36,730 bases of DNA from Chiloscyllium plagiosum (GCF_004010195.1 NC_057752.1:10896018-10932747); one strand, 5' to 3'. Counted from the first letter of the stretch, positions 11,934 to 23,449 are shown. Notes: a model not told the origin generated them from the sequence alone. Made by a program: numbers and translations.

Positions 11934-12184
11934 CTAAGCTTTTCTAATAATTTCTATTTTTGTCTGATTTACAGCATCCCACAGGGCTTTCGGTTTTTAT
12001 TGTCCAGATATTGTTGCATTTGAATATGAACTCCTTCAGTATCTGAGGAGTCGCAAATGGTGCTGAACATTGCACAATCATCAGTGAATTTCACCACTTC
12101 TGACCTGTTGATGACTACAAGGGAAGGACAATGATGGAGTAGCTAAGGATGGTTGGGGCCATGATGATAAGAGGGCCATGAAAA

Positions 12185-12290
12185 GGGAAATCTTGTGGGA
12201 TAGCTGTAGTTTCCCTAACTGTGGACTGGGAGGCCTAGGTTCAAATCTCACCTACCCCAGAGATGTAACATCTCTGAACAGTTTTTTTTT
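12185..12290 (+). mobile_element. Short tRNA-derived SINE
   Basis: B-box ggttcaaatc and ..taacatctctgaacag. Related copies at 24885-24992 (+) and ~34285-34387 (-). Confidence 0.55.
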
Positions 12291-12481
12291 CATCTACCCA
12301 CAGCAACCCCTGCAGAGATGTCCTAGCCTTGAGATGACTAATCTCCAATAACCACAATCATGGTCTTCTGTGCCAGGTATGACTCCAAACAGCAGTTTTC
12401 CCACAATGCCCATTTACTTCAGTTTTGCTTAAATCCCTATGCAACACTCAGGGAAATGCACCTATAAATGCACCTACCACC

Positions 12482-12873
12482 GTTAAAAATTGCACAACAC
12501 CAGGTTATAGTCAAATAGGTTTATTTGGAAGCACTAGCTTTCGGAGTGCTGCTCCTTCATCTGGTAACATCAGGAGCAGGACCATAAGACACTGAAATTA
12601 TGAGCATAGATTACAGTAGCATGCAACTGAAAGGATATATTAAACAAACCTAGAGATTGGTGTCTAGCCTAGACAGCGGTTTGTTCAATATATCACTTTC
12701 AGTTGTATGACACTGTAATCTTTTGCTATAAATTCTGTGTTTTATGATCCTGTCCTGACGAAGGAGCAGCACTCCAAAAGCTAGTGCTTCCAAATAAACC
12801 TGTTGGATTATAACCTGGTGTTGTGTGCTTTTTAACTTTGACCACCCCAGTCCAACACTGGCTCCTCCACATC
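12482..12873. mobile_element. Palindromic Penelope-derived element (second family)
   Basis: Inverted arms ~12482-12650 and ~12678-12836, each with a hammerhead-like core. An extra tail runs to 12873. Confidence 0.8.
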
Positions 12874-12969
12874 ACCTCAGATGATCTACCTTAGTACAGC
12901 TGTGTTTATTTTGTTTGCTAATCCTCCTGCAGTATCTTTGATATTTTAATAAACATCAAACAGTGGAAA

Positions 12970-13735
12970 CCTGAAACAAAAACAAAGTACAAGAAAATCT
13001 CAGCAGGTCTGGCAGAATCTGTGAAGCGAAAAACCAAGTTAACATTGAGTACAGAAATGAAAGCAGTTGGGAAATGATGGTATTTACACTGATGGAGGAG
13101 GGGGGAGGGAAATTCTACAGGGACCATTCCTTCTGGGGCACCCTGGATAACTCCTCCATTCCCAGTAACTCCTTACAACCCCATGGCACCTTCCCATGCA
13201 ACCACAAAAGTTGAACATTTTTCTGTTTACCTTCTGCCTTACAATTAAAAGTCTCACACACCTTTCAAGTGAAGCAGTAATTTACCTGCACTTTGCTCAA
13301 TCTAGTCTATGATGTTCGTTGCTCACAGTGTGGTCTCCTATACATTGCAGAGACAAAATGCAGACAGGGTAACCGCTTTCTGGAACACTGATGTTCTGTC
13401 CATTAACATAGTTTTGAACTTCCAGTTGCTTGCTACTTCAACACACCACTGTGTTTCCATGCCAACATTTTTGTCTCAGGCCTGCTGTAGTGCTCCAGTG
13501 AAGTTTAGTGCAATCTGGAGGAACACACCTAAATCTTCCACCCGAGTACTTTCAACAGTCAGCATTCAACATCGAGTTTAACAACTTCAGAGTGCGAACA
13601 CCCCCCTCCACGTTGGTTACCCACTCCCAAACCACAGGACCTGTTCTGCTTGAGTTGCTCCCAGCATGACAAATCCATTTTCAACTCTTCACAGTTCCCA
13701 TTATCACCTATTCAGCATTTACTTCTTCCCTGGTA
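12970..13735 (+). mobile_element. Penelope-like element: inverted pLTR then GIY-YIG remnant; continues at 20076-20300
   Basis: FQVKQ*FTCTLLNLVYDVRCSQCGLLYIAETKCRQGNRFLEH at ~13263-13390. Confidence 0.85.
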
Positions 13736-13739
13736 GTCT

Positions 13740-14092
13740 TTTGGCCTGGCATGGCTGCAGCATGGACTTCCGGTCTTCAGGTGATTCCAGAGCGGTCTCC
13801 CGGCCTCGAGAACCTGGAGGTGAAGCTCGGCGCAGTTTGGAGTCAAGGCCCAGTGCAGACTGGAGGTTAGGTACCAGTGTGGACTAGGTTAGAAGGGCCA
13901 TTGCTCGGAACTTTTTAATTTTCTATTTACTAATTTATTCCGACAATCTGCTATGCTGGTCTTTTTATTTCTTTTTTATTTTTCTATTTTTTTTCCTAAG
14001 AACATTTAATTAAGAATTTGTACCGAGGTACTTTTGTACTTAAGATGGCGCCATAAGTGGCAGACATGTAAACATTTCACTGTACTCATTTG
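13740..14092 (+). mobile_element. Non-autonomous non-LTR element with a Rex1/Babar-like tail; tail completed at 20051-20075
   Basis: ..aagatggcgcc..tttcactgtactcattt, then caataaagctaattcagttcaatt after the CR1 insertion. Confidence 0.55.
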
Positions 14093-14176
14093 GATAATAG
14101 AGTCAGAGAGATGTACAGCACATAAACAGACCCTTCGGTCCAACCCATCCATGCTGACCAGATATCCCAACCCAAT

Positions 14177-16742
14177 CTAGTCCCACCTGCCAGCACCCAG
14201 CCCATATCCCTCCAAACCCTTCCTATTCATATACCCATCCAAATGCCTCTTAAATGTTGCAATTGTACCAGCCTCCACCACTTCCTCTGGCAGCTCATTC
14301 CATACACACACCACCCTCTGCATGGAAAGATTGCCCCTAAGGTCTCTTTTATATCTTCCCCCTCTCAGCCCTCTCACACTAAACCTATGCCCTCTAGTTC
14401 TGGACTGCCCAACCCCAGGGAAAAGACTTGGTCTATTTACCCTATCCATGCCCCTCAATTTTGTAAACCTCTATAAAGGTCACCCCTCAGCCTCCAACGC
14501 TCCAAGGAAAACAGCCCCAGCCTGTTCAGCCCCTCCCTATAGCTCAAATCCTCCAAACCTGGCAACATCCTTGTAAATCTTCTCTGAACCCTTTCAAGTT
14601 TCACAACATCTTTCCGATAGGAAGGAGACCAGAATTGCACACAATATTCCAACAGTGGCCTAACCAACGTCCTGTACAGCCACAACATGACCTCCCAACT
14701 CCTGTACTCAATACTCTGACCGATAAAGGAAAGCATACCAAACGCCGCCTTCACTATCCTATCTACCTGCGACTCCACTTTCAAGGGGCTGTGAACCTGC
14801 ACTCCAAGGTCTCTTTGTTCAGCAACACTCCCAAGGACCTTACCATTAAGTGTATGAGTCCTGCTAAGATTTGCTTTTCCAAAATGCAGGACCTCACATT
14901 TATCTGAATTAAACTCCATCTGATCAAGATCCTGTTGTACTCTGAGGTAACCCTCTTCGCTGTCCACGACACCTACAATTTTGGTGTCATCTGCAAACTT
15001 ATTAACTGTACCTCTTATGCTCACATCCAAATCATTTATATAAATGACAAAGTAGAGGACCCAGCACCGATCCTTGTGGCACTCCACTGGTCACAGGCCT
15101 CCAGTCTGAAAAACAGCCCTCCACCACCCTGTGTCTTCTACCTTTGAGCCAGTTCTGTATCCAAGTGGCTAGTTCTCCCTGTATTCCATGAGATCTAACC
15201 TTGATAACCAGTCTCCTTTGGGGAACCTTGTTGAATGCCTTACTGAAGTCCATATAGATTACATCAACCATTCTGCCCTCATCAATCCTCTTTGTTACAT
15301 CTTCAAAAAACTCAATCAAGTTTGTGAGACATGATTTCCCACGCACAAAGCCATGTTGACTATCCCTAATCAGTCCTTGCCTTTCCAAACACATGTACAT
15401 CCTGTCCCTCAGGATTCCCTCCAACAACTTGCCCACCACTGATGTCAGGCTCACTGGTCTGTAGTTCCCTGGCCTTGTCCTTACATCTTTCTTAAATAGT
15501 GGCACCATGTTAGCTACCCTCCAGTCTTCCGGTACCTCACCTGTGACTATCAATGATACAAATATCTCAGCAAGAGGCCCAGCAATCACTTCCCTAGCTT
15601 CCCACATAGTATATACCTGATCAGATCTTGGGGATTTATCCACCTTTATGCATTTCAAGACATCCTGCACTTCCTCCTCTGTAATCTGGACATTTTTCAA
15701 GATGTCACCATCTATTTCCCTATGGTCTATATCTTCCATGTCCTTTCCCACAGTAAATACTGATGCAAAATACTTGTTTAATATCTTCCCATTTTCTGCA
15801 GCTCCACACAAAAGCCACCTTGCTGATCTTTGAGGGGCCCTGTTCTCTCCCTCGTTACCCTTTTGTCCTTAATGTATTTGTAAAAACTCTTTGGATTCTC
15901 CTTAACTCTATTTGCCTAAGCTATCTTATGTCCCCTTTTTGCCCTCCTGATTTCCCTCTTATGTATACTCCTACTGCCTTTAAACTCTAAGGATTTACCT
16001 CCATTCAGCTTTTGAAAGGTCTTGTCTAATACTGTCAAAATTGTCCTTTCTCCAATTTAGAACTTCAACTTTTAGATCTGGTCTATCCTTTTCCATCACT
16101 ATTTTAAAACAAATAGAATTATGGTCACTGGCCCCAAATTGCTCCCCCACTGACACCTCAGTCACCTGCCCTGCCTTATTTCCCAAGAGTAGGTCAAGTT
16201 TTGCACCTTCTCCAGTAGGTACATCCACATACCGAATCAGAAACCTTTCTTGTAAATACTTAAGAAATTCCTCTCCATCTCAACCCTTAACACTATGGCA
16301 GTCCCAGTCTATGTTTGGAAAGTTAAAATCCCCTACCATAACCGCCCTATTATTCTTACAGAAAACCGAGATCTCCTTACAAATTTGTTTCTCAATTTCC
16401 CTCTGACTATTAGGAAGTCTATAATACAATCCCAATAAGGTGATCATCCCTTTCATATTTCTCAGTTCCACCCAAAAAACTTCCCTGGATGTATTTCCGG
16501 GAATATCCTCCCTCAGCACAGCTGTAATGCTATCCCTTGTCAAAAACGCCACTCCCCCTCCTCTCTTGCCTCTCTTTCTGTCCTTCCTGTAGCATTTGTA
16601 TCCTGGAACATTAAGCTGCCAGTCCTGCCCATCCCTGAACCATGTTTCTGTAATTGCTATGATATCCCAGTCCCATGTTCCTAATCATGCCCTGAGTTCA
16701 TCTTCCTTCCCTGTTAGGCCCCTTGCACTGAAATAAATGCAG
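14177..16742 (-). pseudogene. CR1 ORF2 (AP endonuclease + reverse transcriptase), frameshifted
   Basis: CIYFSARGLTGK, MVGDFNFPNIDW, LDLLL..SDHN, NYRPVSLTSVVGK, DFSKAF, GVPQGSVLGPLL, YIND..KFADDTK. Internal deletion near 15995. Confidence 0.92.
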
Positions 16743-17616
16743 NNNNNNNNNNNNNNNNNNNNNNNNNNNNNNNNNNNNNNNNNNNNNNNNNNNNNNNNNN
16801 NNNNNNNNNNNNNNNNNNNNNNNNNNNNNNNNNNNNNNNNNNNNNNNNNNNNNNNNNNNNNNNNNNNNNNNNNNNNNNNNNNNNNNNNNNNNNNNNNNNN
16901 NNNNNNNNNNNNNNNNNNNNNNNNNNNNNNNNNNNNNNNNNNNNNNNNNNNNNNNNNNNNNNNNNNNNNNNNNNNNNNNNNNNNNNNNNNNNNNNNNNNN
17001 NNNNNNNNNNNNNNNNNNNNNNNNNNNNNNNNNNNNNNNNNNNNNNNNNNNNNNNNNNNNNNNNNNNNNNNNNNNNNNNNNNNNNNNNNNNNNNNNNNNN
17101 NNNNNNNNNNNNNNNNNNNNNNNNNNNNNNNNNNNNNNNNNNNNNNNNNNNNNNNNNNNNNNNNNNNNNNNNNNNNNNNNNNNNNNNNNNNNNNNNNNNN
17201 NNNNNNNNNNNNNNNNNNNNNNNNNNNNNNNNNNNNNNNNNNNNNNNNNNNNNNNNNNNNNNNNNNNNNNNNNNNNNNNNNNNNNNNNNNNNNNNNNNNN
17301 NNNNNNNNNNNNNNNNNNNNNNNNNNNNNNNNNNNNNNNNNNNNNNNNNNNNNNNNNNNNNNNNNNNNNNNNNNNNNNNNNNNNNNNNNNNNNNNNNNNN
17401 NNNNNNNNNNNNNNNNNNNNNNNNNNNNNNNNNNNNNNNNNNNNNNNNNNNNNNNNNNNNNNNNNNNNNNNNNNNNNNNNNNNNNNNNNNNNNNNNNNNN
17501 NNNNNNNNNNNNNNNNNNNNNNNNNNNNNNNNNNNNNNNNNNNNNNNNNNNNNNNNNNNNNNNNNNNNNNNNNNNNNNNNNNNNNNNNNNNNNNNNNNNN
17601 NNNNNNNNNNNNNNNN
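16743..17616. other. Assembly gap (874 N)
   Basis: Run of N. Confidence 1.
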
Positions 17617-18090
17617 CAAGGGCGGAGGAGCGGGAAGTGGAGGAGATGCGGTGGAGAGCATTGTCGATCACGTCTGGGGGGAAATTGTGGTCTCTGAAGA
17701 AGGAGGTCATCTGGGTTGTTCGGTATTGGAACTGGTCCTCCTGGGAGCAGATGCGGCGGAGATGAAGGAAATGGGAATATGGGATGGCGTTTTTACAGGG
17801 GACAGGGTGGCAGGTGTAGTCTAGGTAGCTGTGGGAGTCGGTCGGTTTATAGTAAATGTCCGTGTTGATTCAGTCACCCGAGATAGAAATGGAGAGGTCT
17901 AGGAAGGGGAGGGAGGAGTCTGAGACGGTCCAGGTAAATTTGAGGTCGGGGTGGAAGGTGTTGGTAAAGTGGATGAACTGTTCAACCTCCTCGTGGGAGC
18001 ACTAGGCAGCGCCGATAGAGTCATCGATGTAGTGGAGGAAAAGGTGAGGGGTGGTGCCAGTGTAGCTGCGGAAGATGGACTGTTCCACAT
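17617..18090 (-). mobile_element. Penelope-like RT fragment inserted in CR1
   Basis: YVEQSIFRSYTGTTPHLFLHYIDDSIGAA and MTSFFRDHNFPPDVIDNALHRISS. ATGCAG occurs at 16737-42 and 18091-96. Confidence 0.88.
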
Positions 18091-18199
18091 ATGCAGTTTT
18101 GTTTGTCAGTCCTACCTTGTTCTCTGCTTTGTCCCTGCCTGCCCTGACTGTTTGACTCGCTTCTGTTCTCAACTGTACCAGTCTCAGATTGAAATCTTT

Positions 18200-19125
18200 C
18201 CACACTATCTCCCTTACTAGTTTAAATCCTCCTGAGCAGCTCTAGCAAATCTCTTTGTCAGTATATTAGTCCCCTTCCAATTTAGGTGCAATCTTGTACA
18301 GGTCACTTCTACCCCAAAACATCTTCCAATGATCTAAAATTGTGAATCCTTCTCCCACACACCAGCTCCTCAACCATGCATTCATCTGCTCTATCCTCCT
18401 ATTCCTGCCCTCACTAGCTCGTAGCACTGGGAGTAATCCAGATATTACTACCCTTGAGGACCTCCTTTTAAATTCCTGCCTAACTCTAAATCTCCCTTCA
18501 GAATCTCAACCTTTTCCCTTCCTATGTCGTTGATTCCAATGTGGACAATGACCTCTTGCTGGCCCCTCTCCCCCGTGAGAACATTCTGCACCATCCCAGA
18601 GACATCCTTGATCCTGGCACCAGGGAAGCAACACACCATTCTGCTTTTGTGTTGTTGGCCACAGAAACGTCTGTCTGTACCTCAGACTAAAGAGTCTTCT
18701 AACACAATTGATCTCTTGTAAGCCGACGTACCCCTCATTGCATTAGAGCCAGTCTCAATACCAGAAACTTGGCTGTTTGTGCTACGTTCCCCTGAGAATC
18801 CATCACCCCCTATATTTTCCAAAACAGCATATTTGTTTGAAATGGGGATAGCCACAGAACTGCACTAACTGCCTACCTCTCTTACCGTTCCTGGAGTTAA
18901 CCCATCTATGTGACTGTATCTGGACTTTTTCCCCTTCCTCAAGCTGCTGTCCATCACACCCCCTTGCTCTTGTAAATTCCTCATTGCCTCTAACTGTGTC
19001 TCCAACCGATCCATTTGATCTGATAGGATTCACAACCAACAGCATTTATTGCAGATATAATCCTCAGTAACCCGTAAACTCTCCCTAAATTCCCACATCC
19101 GACAAGAAGCGCATAAAGGCCATTT
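18200..19125 (-). pseudogene. CR1 ORF1 (Zn finger, coiled coil, SGNH esterase)
   Basis: CASCRMWE..YICNKC, coiled coil DQMDRLETQLEAMRNLQE, and CCFPGARIKDV..VIVHIGINDIG. Confidence 0.85.
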
Positions 19126-19596
19126 TGGCTCCTTCACAATCTACAGACCCAGAAAATAGCACCATCTTATTCCTCTACAAAACACTGCCCCAGGTTAAAT
19201 TAATAGTTATGGCTTATATTTTAAGTTGAATCAAGAGACATGTCTCAATAAAGCATATAACCAAGAAAGAACCCCACTCTATTAACTACTGCAGACTTAC
19301 TGTAAGGCCACATTTAAAAAATATTCACTTATCTGTTTCTGTGCTGTGACCTCCCAAACAGGTTCCTCCAAGATTAGTTGTGAATCTCACTGTTAGTTTT
19401 CCCAGATGCACTCCGATGTCCAGCAATACATGAATTCAAACAGCAAAAGCAGTAACTGTGCAGCTTCACTGCTGTCAGTTTCTTTCTCTCTCTCTCTCTC
19501 TCCTGCACTGTCCTCATCATGTGCTTCCTTTGTCTGTTCCTCTCGCTTTTAAAACTGCTGTTGTTTTGACTTTTTTTCTCCAAAGTTCCCAAACAA

Positions 19597-19920
19597 GGGT
19601 GGCACAGTGGCTCAGTAGTTACCACTGCTGCCTCACAGCACCAGGGATCCAGGTTCAATTCCCACCTTGGGCAGCTGTCTGTGTGGAGTTTGCACGTTCT
19701 CCCAGTGTCTGCGTGGGTTTCCTCCGGGTGCTCTGGTTTCCCTCCCACATTCCAAAGATGTGCACATCAGGTGAATTGGCCATGCTAAATTGCCCGTAGT
19801 TACGTGCATTAGTTAGGGGTAAATATCGGATAGGGGAATGGGTCTGGGTGACTTCTCTTCCTAGGGTCGACATGGACTTGTTGGGCTGAAGGGCCTGTTT
19901 CCAAACTGTAGGGAATCTAA
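19597..19920 (+). mobile_element. HE1-type V-SINE
   Basis: tRNA head (ggcacagtgg..ggttcaattcc), V-domain gtggagtttgcacgttctcccagtgtctgcgtgggtttcctccgggtgctctggtttcctcccac, and a HER1-like tail. Confidence 0.92.
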
Positions 19921-20075
19921 TGCAACAGCATATAAAACAGTAATTGCTGCTCCTGGAATTCGAGAAAATCACCTCCAACACCTAAAATACCTCAAGAAAG
20001 GAACAGCCAGAAATTTTTCCCATTCTCCATCTTGGATTACCCAGAATCCATCAATAAAGCTAATTCAGTTCAATT

Positions 20076-20310
20076 ATCAGTAATTCCCTTGTCTGCTTCA
20101 CTATTTTCTCTCTCTCTCTCTCTCCAAGCACTGTCTCCATCTACTTATCTCACTCCTTCCCCACCCCATCCCTGTTATCAGCAAAAATACCATTACTTCC
20201 TAGCTGCTTTCAGCCCTGATGAAGGGTCACTGGACTCAAGACATTAACTCTGTTTTTCTCTCTACAGATGCAGCCAGACCTGCTGAGTTTCACCATTACT
20301 TTTTTTTTTT
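20076..20310 (+). mobile_element. Penelope 3' pLTR (remainder of the 12970-13735 element)
   Basis: ctgatgaagggtcactggactc..cagatgcagccagacctgctgagttt, the inverse of 12990-13050. Degenerate hammerhead core at 20216. Confidence 0.75.
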
Positions 20311-20526
20311 ACTTTTCCTTTGACTATTTTGCTCGGTTAATAGTACTCTATATGCCTTTAATGAACTGTTACAAAGTTGGCGTGTGTAAAATTGTAAAAG
20401 CACTGCATGGTCCCTTTTTTCTCAGCGCTTAGTGTTAAAATGAATGTCTGATAAGCAGTTTAAAGTGCTGGTGCACAGAGAGAGCCCAAATTGAAACATT
20501 TTGTATCGAATGATCAAGCAGCAGGT

Positions 20527-21142
20527 TGATAGCTCCTTGAAAGTGGAGTCACAGGTAGATAGGATAGTGAAGAAGGCGTTTGGTATGCTTTCCTTTATTG
20601 GTCAGAGTATTGAGTACAGGAGTTGGGAGGTCATGTTGCGGCTGTACAGGACATTGGTTAGGCCACTGTTGGAATATTGGATGTTGCCAGGGTTGGAGGA
20701 TTTGAGCTATAGGGAGAGGCTGAACAGGCTGGGGCTGTTTTCCCTGGAGCGGAGGCTGAGGGGGTGACCTTATAGAGGTTTATAAAATTATGAGGGCCAT
20801 GGACAGAATAAATAGACAAAGTATTTTCCCTGGGGTAGGGGAGTCCAGAACTAGAGGGCATAGGTTTAGGGCGAGAGGGGAAAGTTATAAAAGAGACCTA
20901 TGGGGCAACTTTTTCCACACAGAGGGTGGTACGTGTATGGAATGAGCTGCCAGAGAAAGTGGTGCAGGCTGGTACATTTGCAACATTTAAGAGGCATTTG
21001 GATGGGTATATGAATAGGAAGGGTTTGGAGAGATATGGGCTGGGTGCTGGCAGGTGGAACTAGATTGGGTTGGGATATCTGGTCGGCATGGATGGGTTGG
21101 ACCAAAGGGTCTATTTCCGGGCTGTACATCTCTATGACTATA
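20527..21142 (+). mobile_element. HER1/CR1 3' fragment with internal deletion at ~20680
   Basis: SLKVESQVDRIVKKAFGML..RPLLEY|MLPGLEDL; full tail. Confidence 0.92.
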
Positions 21143-21144
21143 TC

Positions 21145-23437
21145 AGGTGTCCCTGACTTCTTTGATAGTCCCTAGACCTTCCAGAAAATCTTCCAGGTAT
21201 TTAAGTAGGACTTCACTCAGGCAGACATTTTCTAAATCAAAAAATGTTGGGCCAATCAAGGTGAATCTGTCTCAACCAATTCTGCCCCATCCAACCTGGG
21301 CCTGTGCCCTTTACTACAATCAGTGGGAACTGAACCAACTGCTTCTCCTAAGAGACCAGAACCGAAGTTGTACCCTTTAATCTGGAAAGGTTCCCCAGTA
21401 TAGGTTCTCAGTCTAACCGAGGTCCAACGCAAACTTAAAGGTTGGAGTCCAGAGCAAATTTTGTTAAAGACTGGTTCTACGATCACTGATATGGCTGTGT
21501 CAATATTAACCTCCATTAGAACCAGGTGACCATTTAACCATGCGTTAATTTTGATTGGTTCCTGTTTGGATGTTGCTAAGCAATTTAACTGCTCCAAACC
21601 AGATGTAAGTGGGCTTTCCAGGGTGTGCTCTCTCCTGAATATCAGCCCAAGAGTTCTCTTACTCAATTTAGGTCTAGTAGGATTCTTTTACTGTCTCGAG
21701 TCTGCACACAACTACAATGGCTTACTGGCTTGGAACCAGAAGGAAAAATGTTAACTGTTTGGCCGAGGCTTGAATTTGTTTTGGGGTTTTGCTGTGGGCT
21801 GACCTCGACTCCCTCTGTTCAGGATATGGCCTGAGTGAGGCTGTGTAATTGCCGTCACTCAAATAGTATCCCCCAAACTCAGTCGGCCTGGCGAGGGAGT
21901 TCACTTCCATTGGAATACCCTGTAACTCATGCTCCATTTGCCAAATTTCCTAATGACAACGCCAGTTGTAGGGCCTGTTTGAAGTCCAGTTGGGCTTCAA
22001 CTAGTGGGGACTTTTGCATGGATACATTAATCCCACATCCCAAATGGGCTCTTAGCATCTCATTAAGAGTTACATCAAAAACTCATGCCTCTGCCAGTCA
22101 TCATCACCTCATCAAAAATCCCAATCCTGATTCCCCTGGTTCTCAAATTGCCAAGTAAAATCAATAGTGATTCAGAATTAGATGAGGCATGGGGTCATAA
22201 TATTCTTGAACTAAATCTGTTAACTCTTGAAAAGTTTTAGTATCTGCTGGTGCCTCAGGGGAAGTTAGATTCCTAATAACTGAAAAAACCTATTGGTCCA
22301 CAAACTGTCAGGAGAATTGCTTGTTGCTTTTTATCTGCCCCAATATTATTGGCAGGATCAAATAAGTCAAGCTTCCCAAAAAATGGCATAATGCCAGAAA
22401 TGCTTACCCCAATACAAAGTTGACTGTTGCCAGCAAAATTTCTTCAGGAGCCTATTTTCTTCTCTCGTTGCCACGGAAATAACTTCCCAGAGGCCAATAT
22501 CCTGTCACCAAGTCACCCTTTTGTTTTGTGCAAAGTCCCTGACACTGACTCAGCTCCCTTAGAGCCAGCTCTTAGAGTGAGCAGAACCTCTGACGCTCTT
22601 GTTTCTGTTTTTCCCCAGTCAGTCCCATTATTCATTATGCCATTGTCCTGCAAATCTATTTCTTTCAATGGCACATCCAACTTCTTTTTGAAATCTCTGA
22701 CTGGCTCTGCTTATATGTCGATATAGCAATTTAGTTGTCCCGTGAAAAGGGCATCTGGTTAAAGGTGATTTAGGGTGTGCTTCCAAAATTCTAGAATAAC
22801 TCTAGCACCTAAACAATAATAATGTAATTTGATTAAAGTGAGGTGTTAAGCAAATTTAAAACGTATACCACTTTTGTCCATAAATAGCACAGAGACACTC
22901 CTGTTTCTTTTTTTTTGTAAGACTCCTGTTTATTATTTTTTGCTGTGTGAACTCCTGTTCTTTTTTTTTAAATTTAACCCCCACACTACCGCCTAACTGC
23001 GGTAGTGCTCCTCTCCTGATTATATATTTTTTCTTTTTCTTTTATTTAACCTCCACACTACCGCAGTTAGGCGGTAGTGCTCCTCTCCTGATTATATATA
23101 TTTTTTCTTTTTTTTTTTTAAATTTAACCCCCACACTACCACCTAAGTGCGGTAGTGCTTATCTTACACTCCTGTTTCTTTTTTTTTGCAGTCACCTGTT
23201 TATTTTTTTTCTTTCTTTTGTTTTCTTTTTTTTTTCTTTTTTTTCTTTAATCTCCTGTTTATTTATTTTTTTTTCTTTTTTAACCCCCACACTACCACCT
23301 AAGTGCGGTCGTGCTTATTTTACACTCCTGTTTCTATCTGTCAGCCAAGGCTCCCTGATTGGATCAGGTTAATAGCCCCAGTCAGGGAACGTATCTTTTA
23401 TGAGGTCCATTTGGACTACCTCATTACAATCACCATA
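21145..23437 (-). mobile_element. Truncated Ty3/Gypsy LTR retrotransposon (split 5' LTR, PBS, gag, protease)
   Basis: LTR halves at 23322-23437 and 22475-22605. PBS-like tggcaacgag at 22464-22473. Gag start MPFFGKLDLFDP at 22389. Protease-like PIKINAWLNGHLVLMEVNIDTAISVI..RLRTYTGE. Confidence 0.85.
22891..23333 (-). repeat. Array of poly(A)-tailed short inserts separated by ACTCCTGTTT-like motifs
   Basis: About 9 motif copies; four hairpin units at 22984, 23056, 23134 and 23290. Confidence 0.85.
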
Positions 23438-23449
23438 ACTTAATTGCTC

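Larger units (their letters stand above)
11622..11999 (+). mobile_element. Old Penelope pLTR remnant
   Basis: ctgaggaagggg..gctgccagacctgct..ttttc..cagcatc. Flanked by TTGTCCAGAT (11612-11621, 12000-12009). Confidence 0.7.
11490..12460 (-). mobile_element. Family B LINE RT fragment, interrupted by PLE and SINE insertions
   Basis: 12030-12160 is the reverse complement of the 27160-27290-like sequence. Break at 11621/12000 with the duplication TTGTCCAGAT. Confidence 0.75.
14097..20048 (-). mobile_element. Near full-length CR1 (HER1-like) LINE, inactivated
   Basis: 5' end ggattctgggtaatccaagatgg, 5' UTR, ORF1, ORF2 and 3' tail lie in order. Contains HE1 and PLE insertions and the assembly gap. 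Confidence 0.92.

Noticed and set aside
14177..16742. Active LINE ORF2
   Set aside because: Multiple frameshifts, stops, a deletion and an insertion.
16685..17765. Three 315-342 aa ORFs
   Set aside because: Artefacts of the N run.
19597..19670. tRNA gene
   Set aside because: It is the tRNA-derived head of an HE1 SINE.
22891..23333. CRISPR-like repeat/spacer look; Phe-rich ORF 22947-23372
   Set aside because: Vertebrate context, no cas genes, and the spacers are poly(T) tails. The ORF simply reflects the T-runs.
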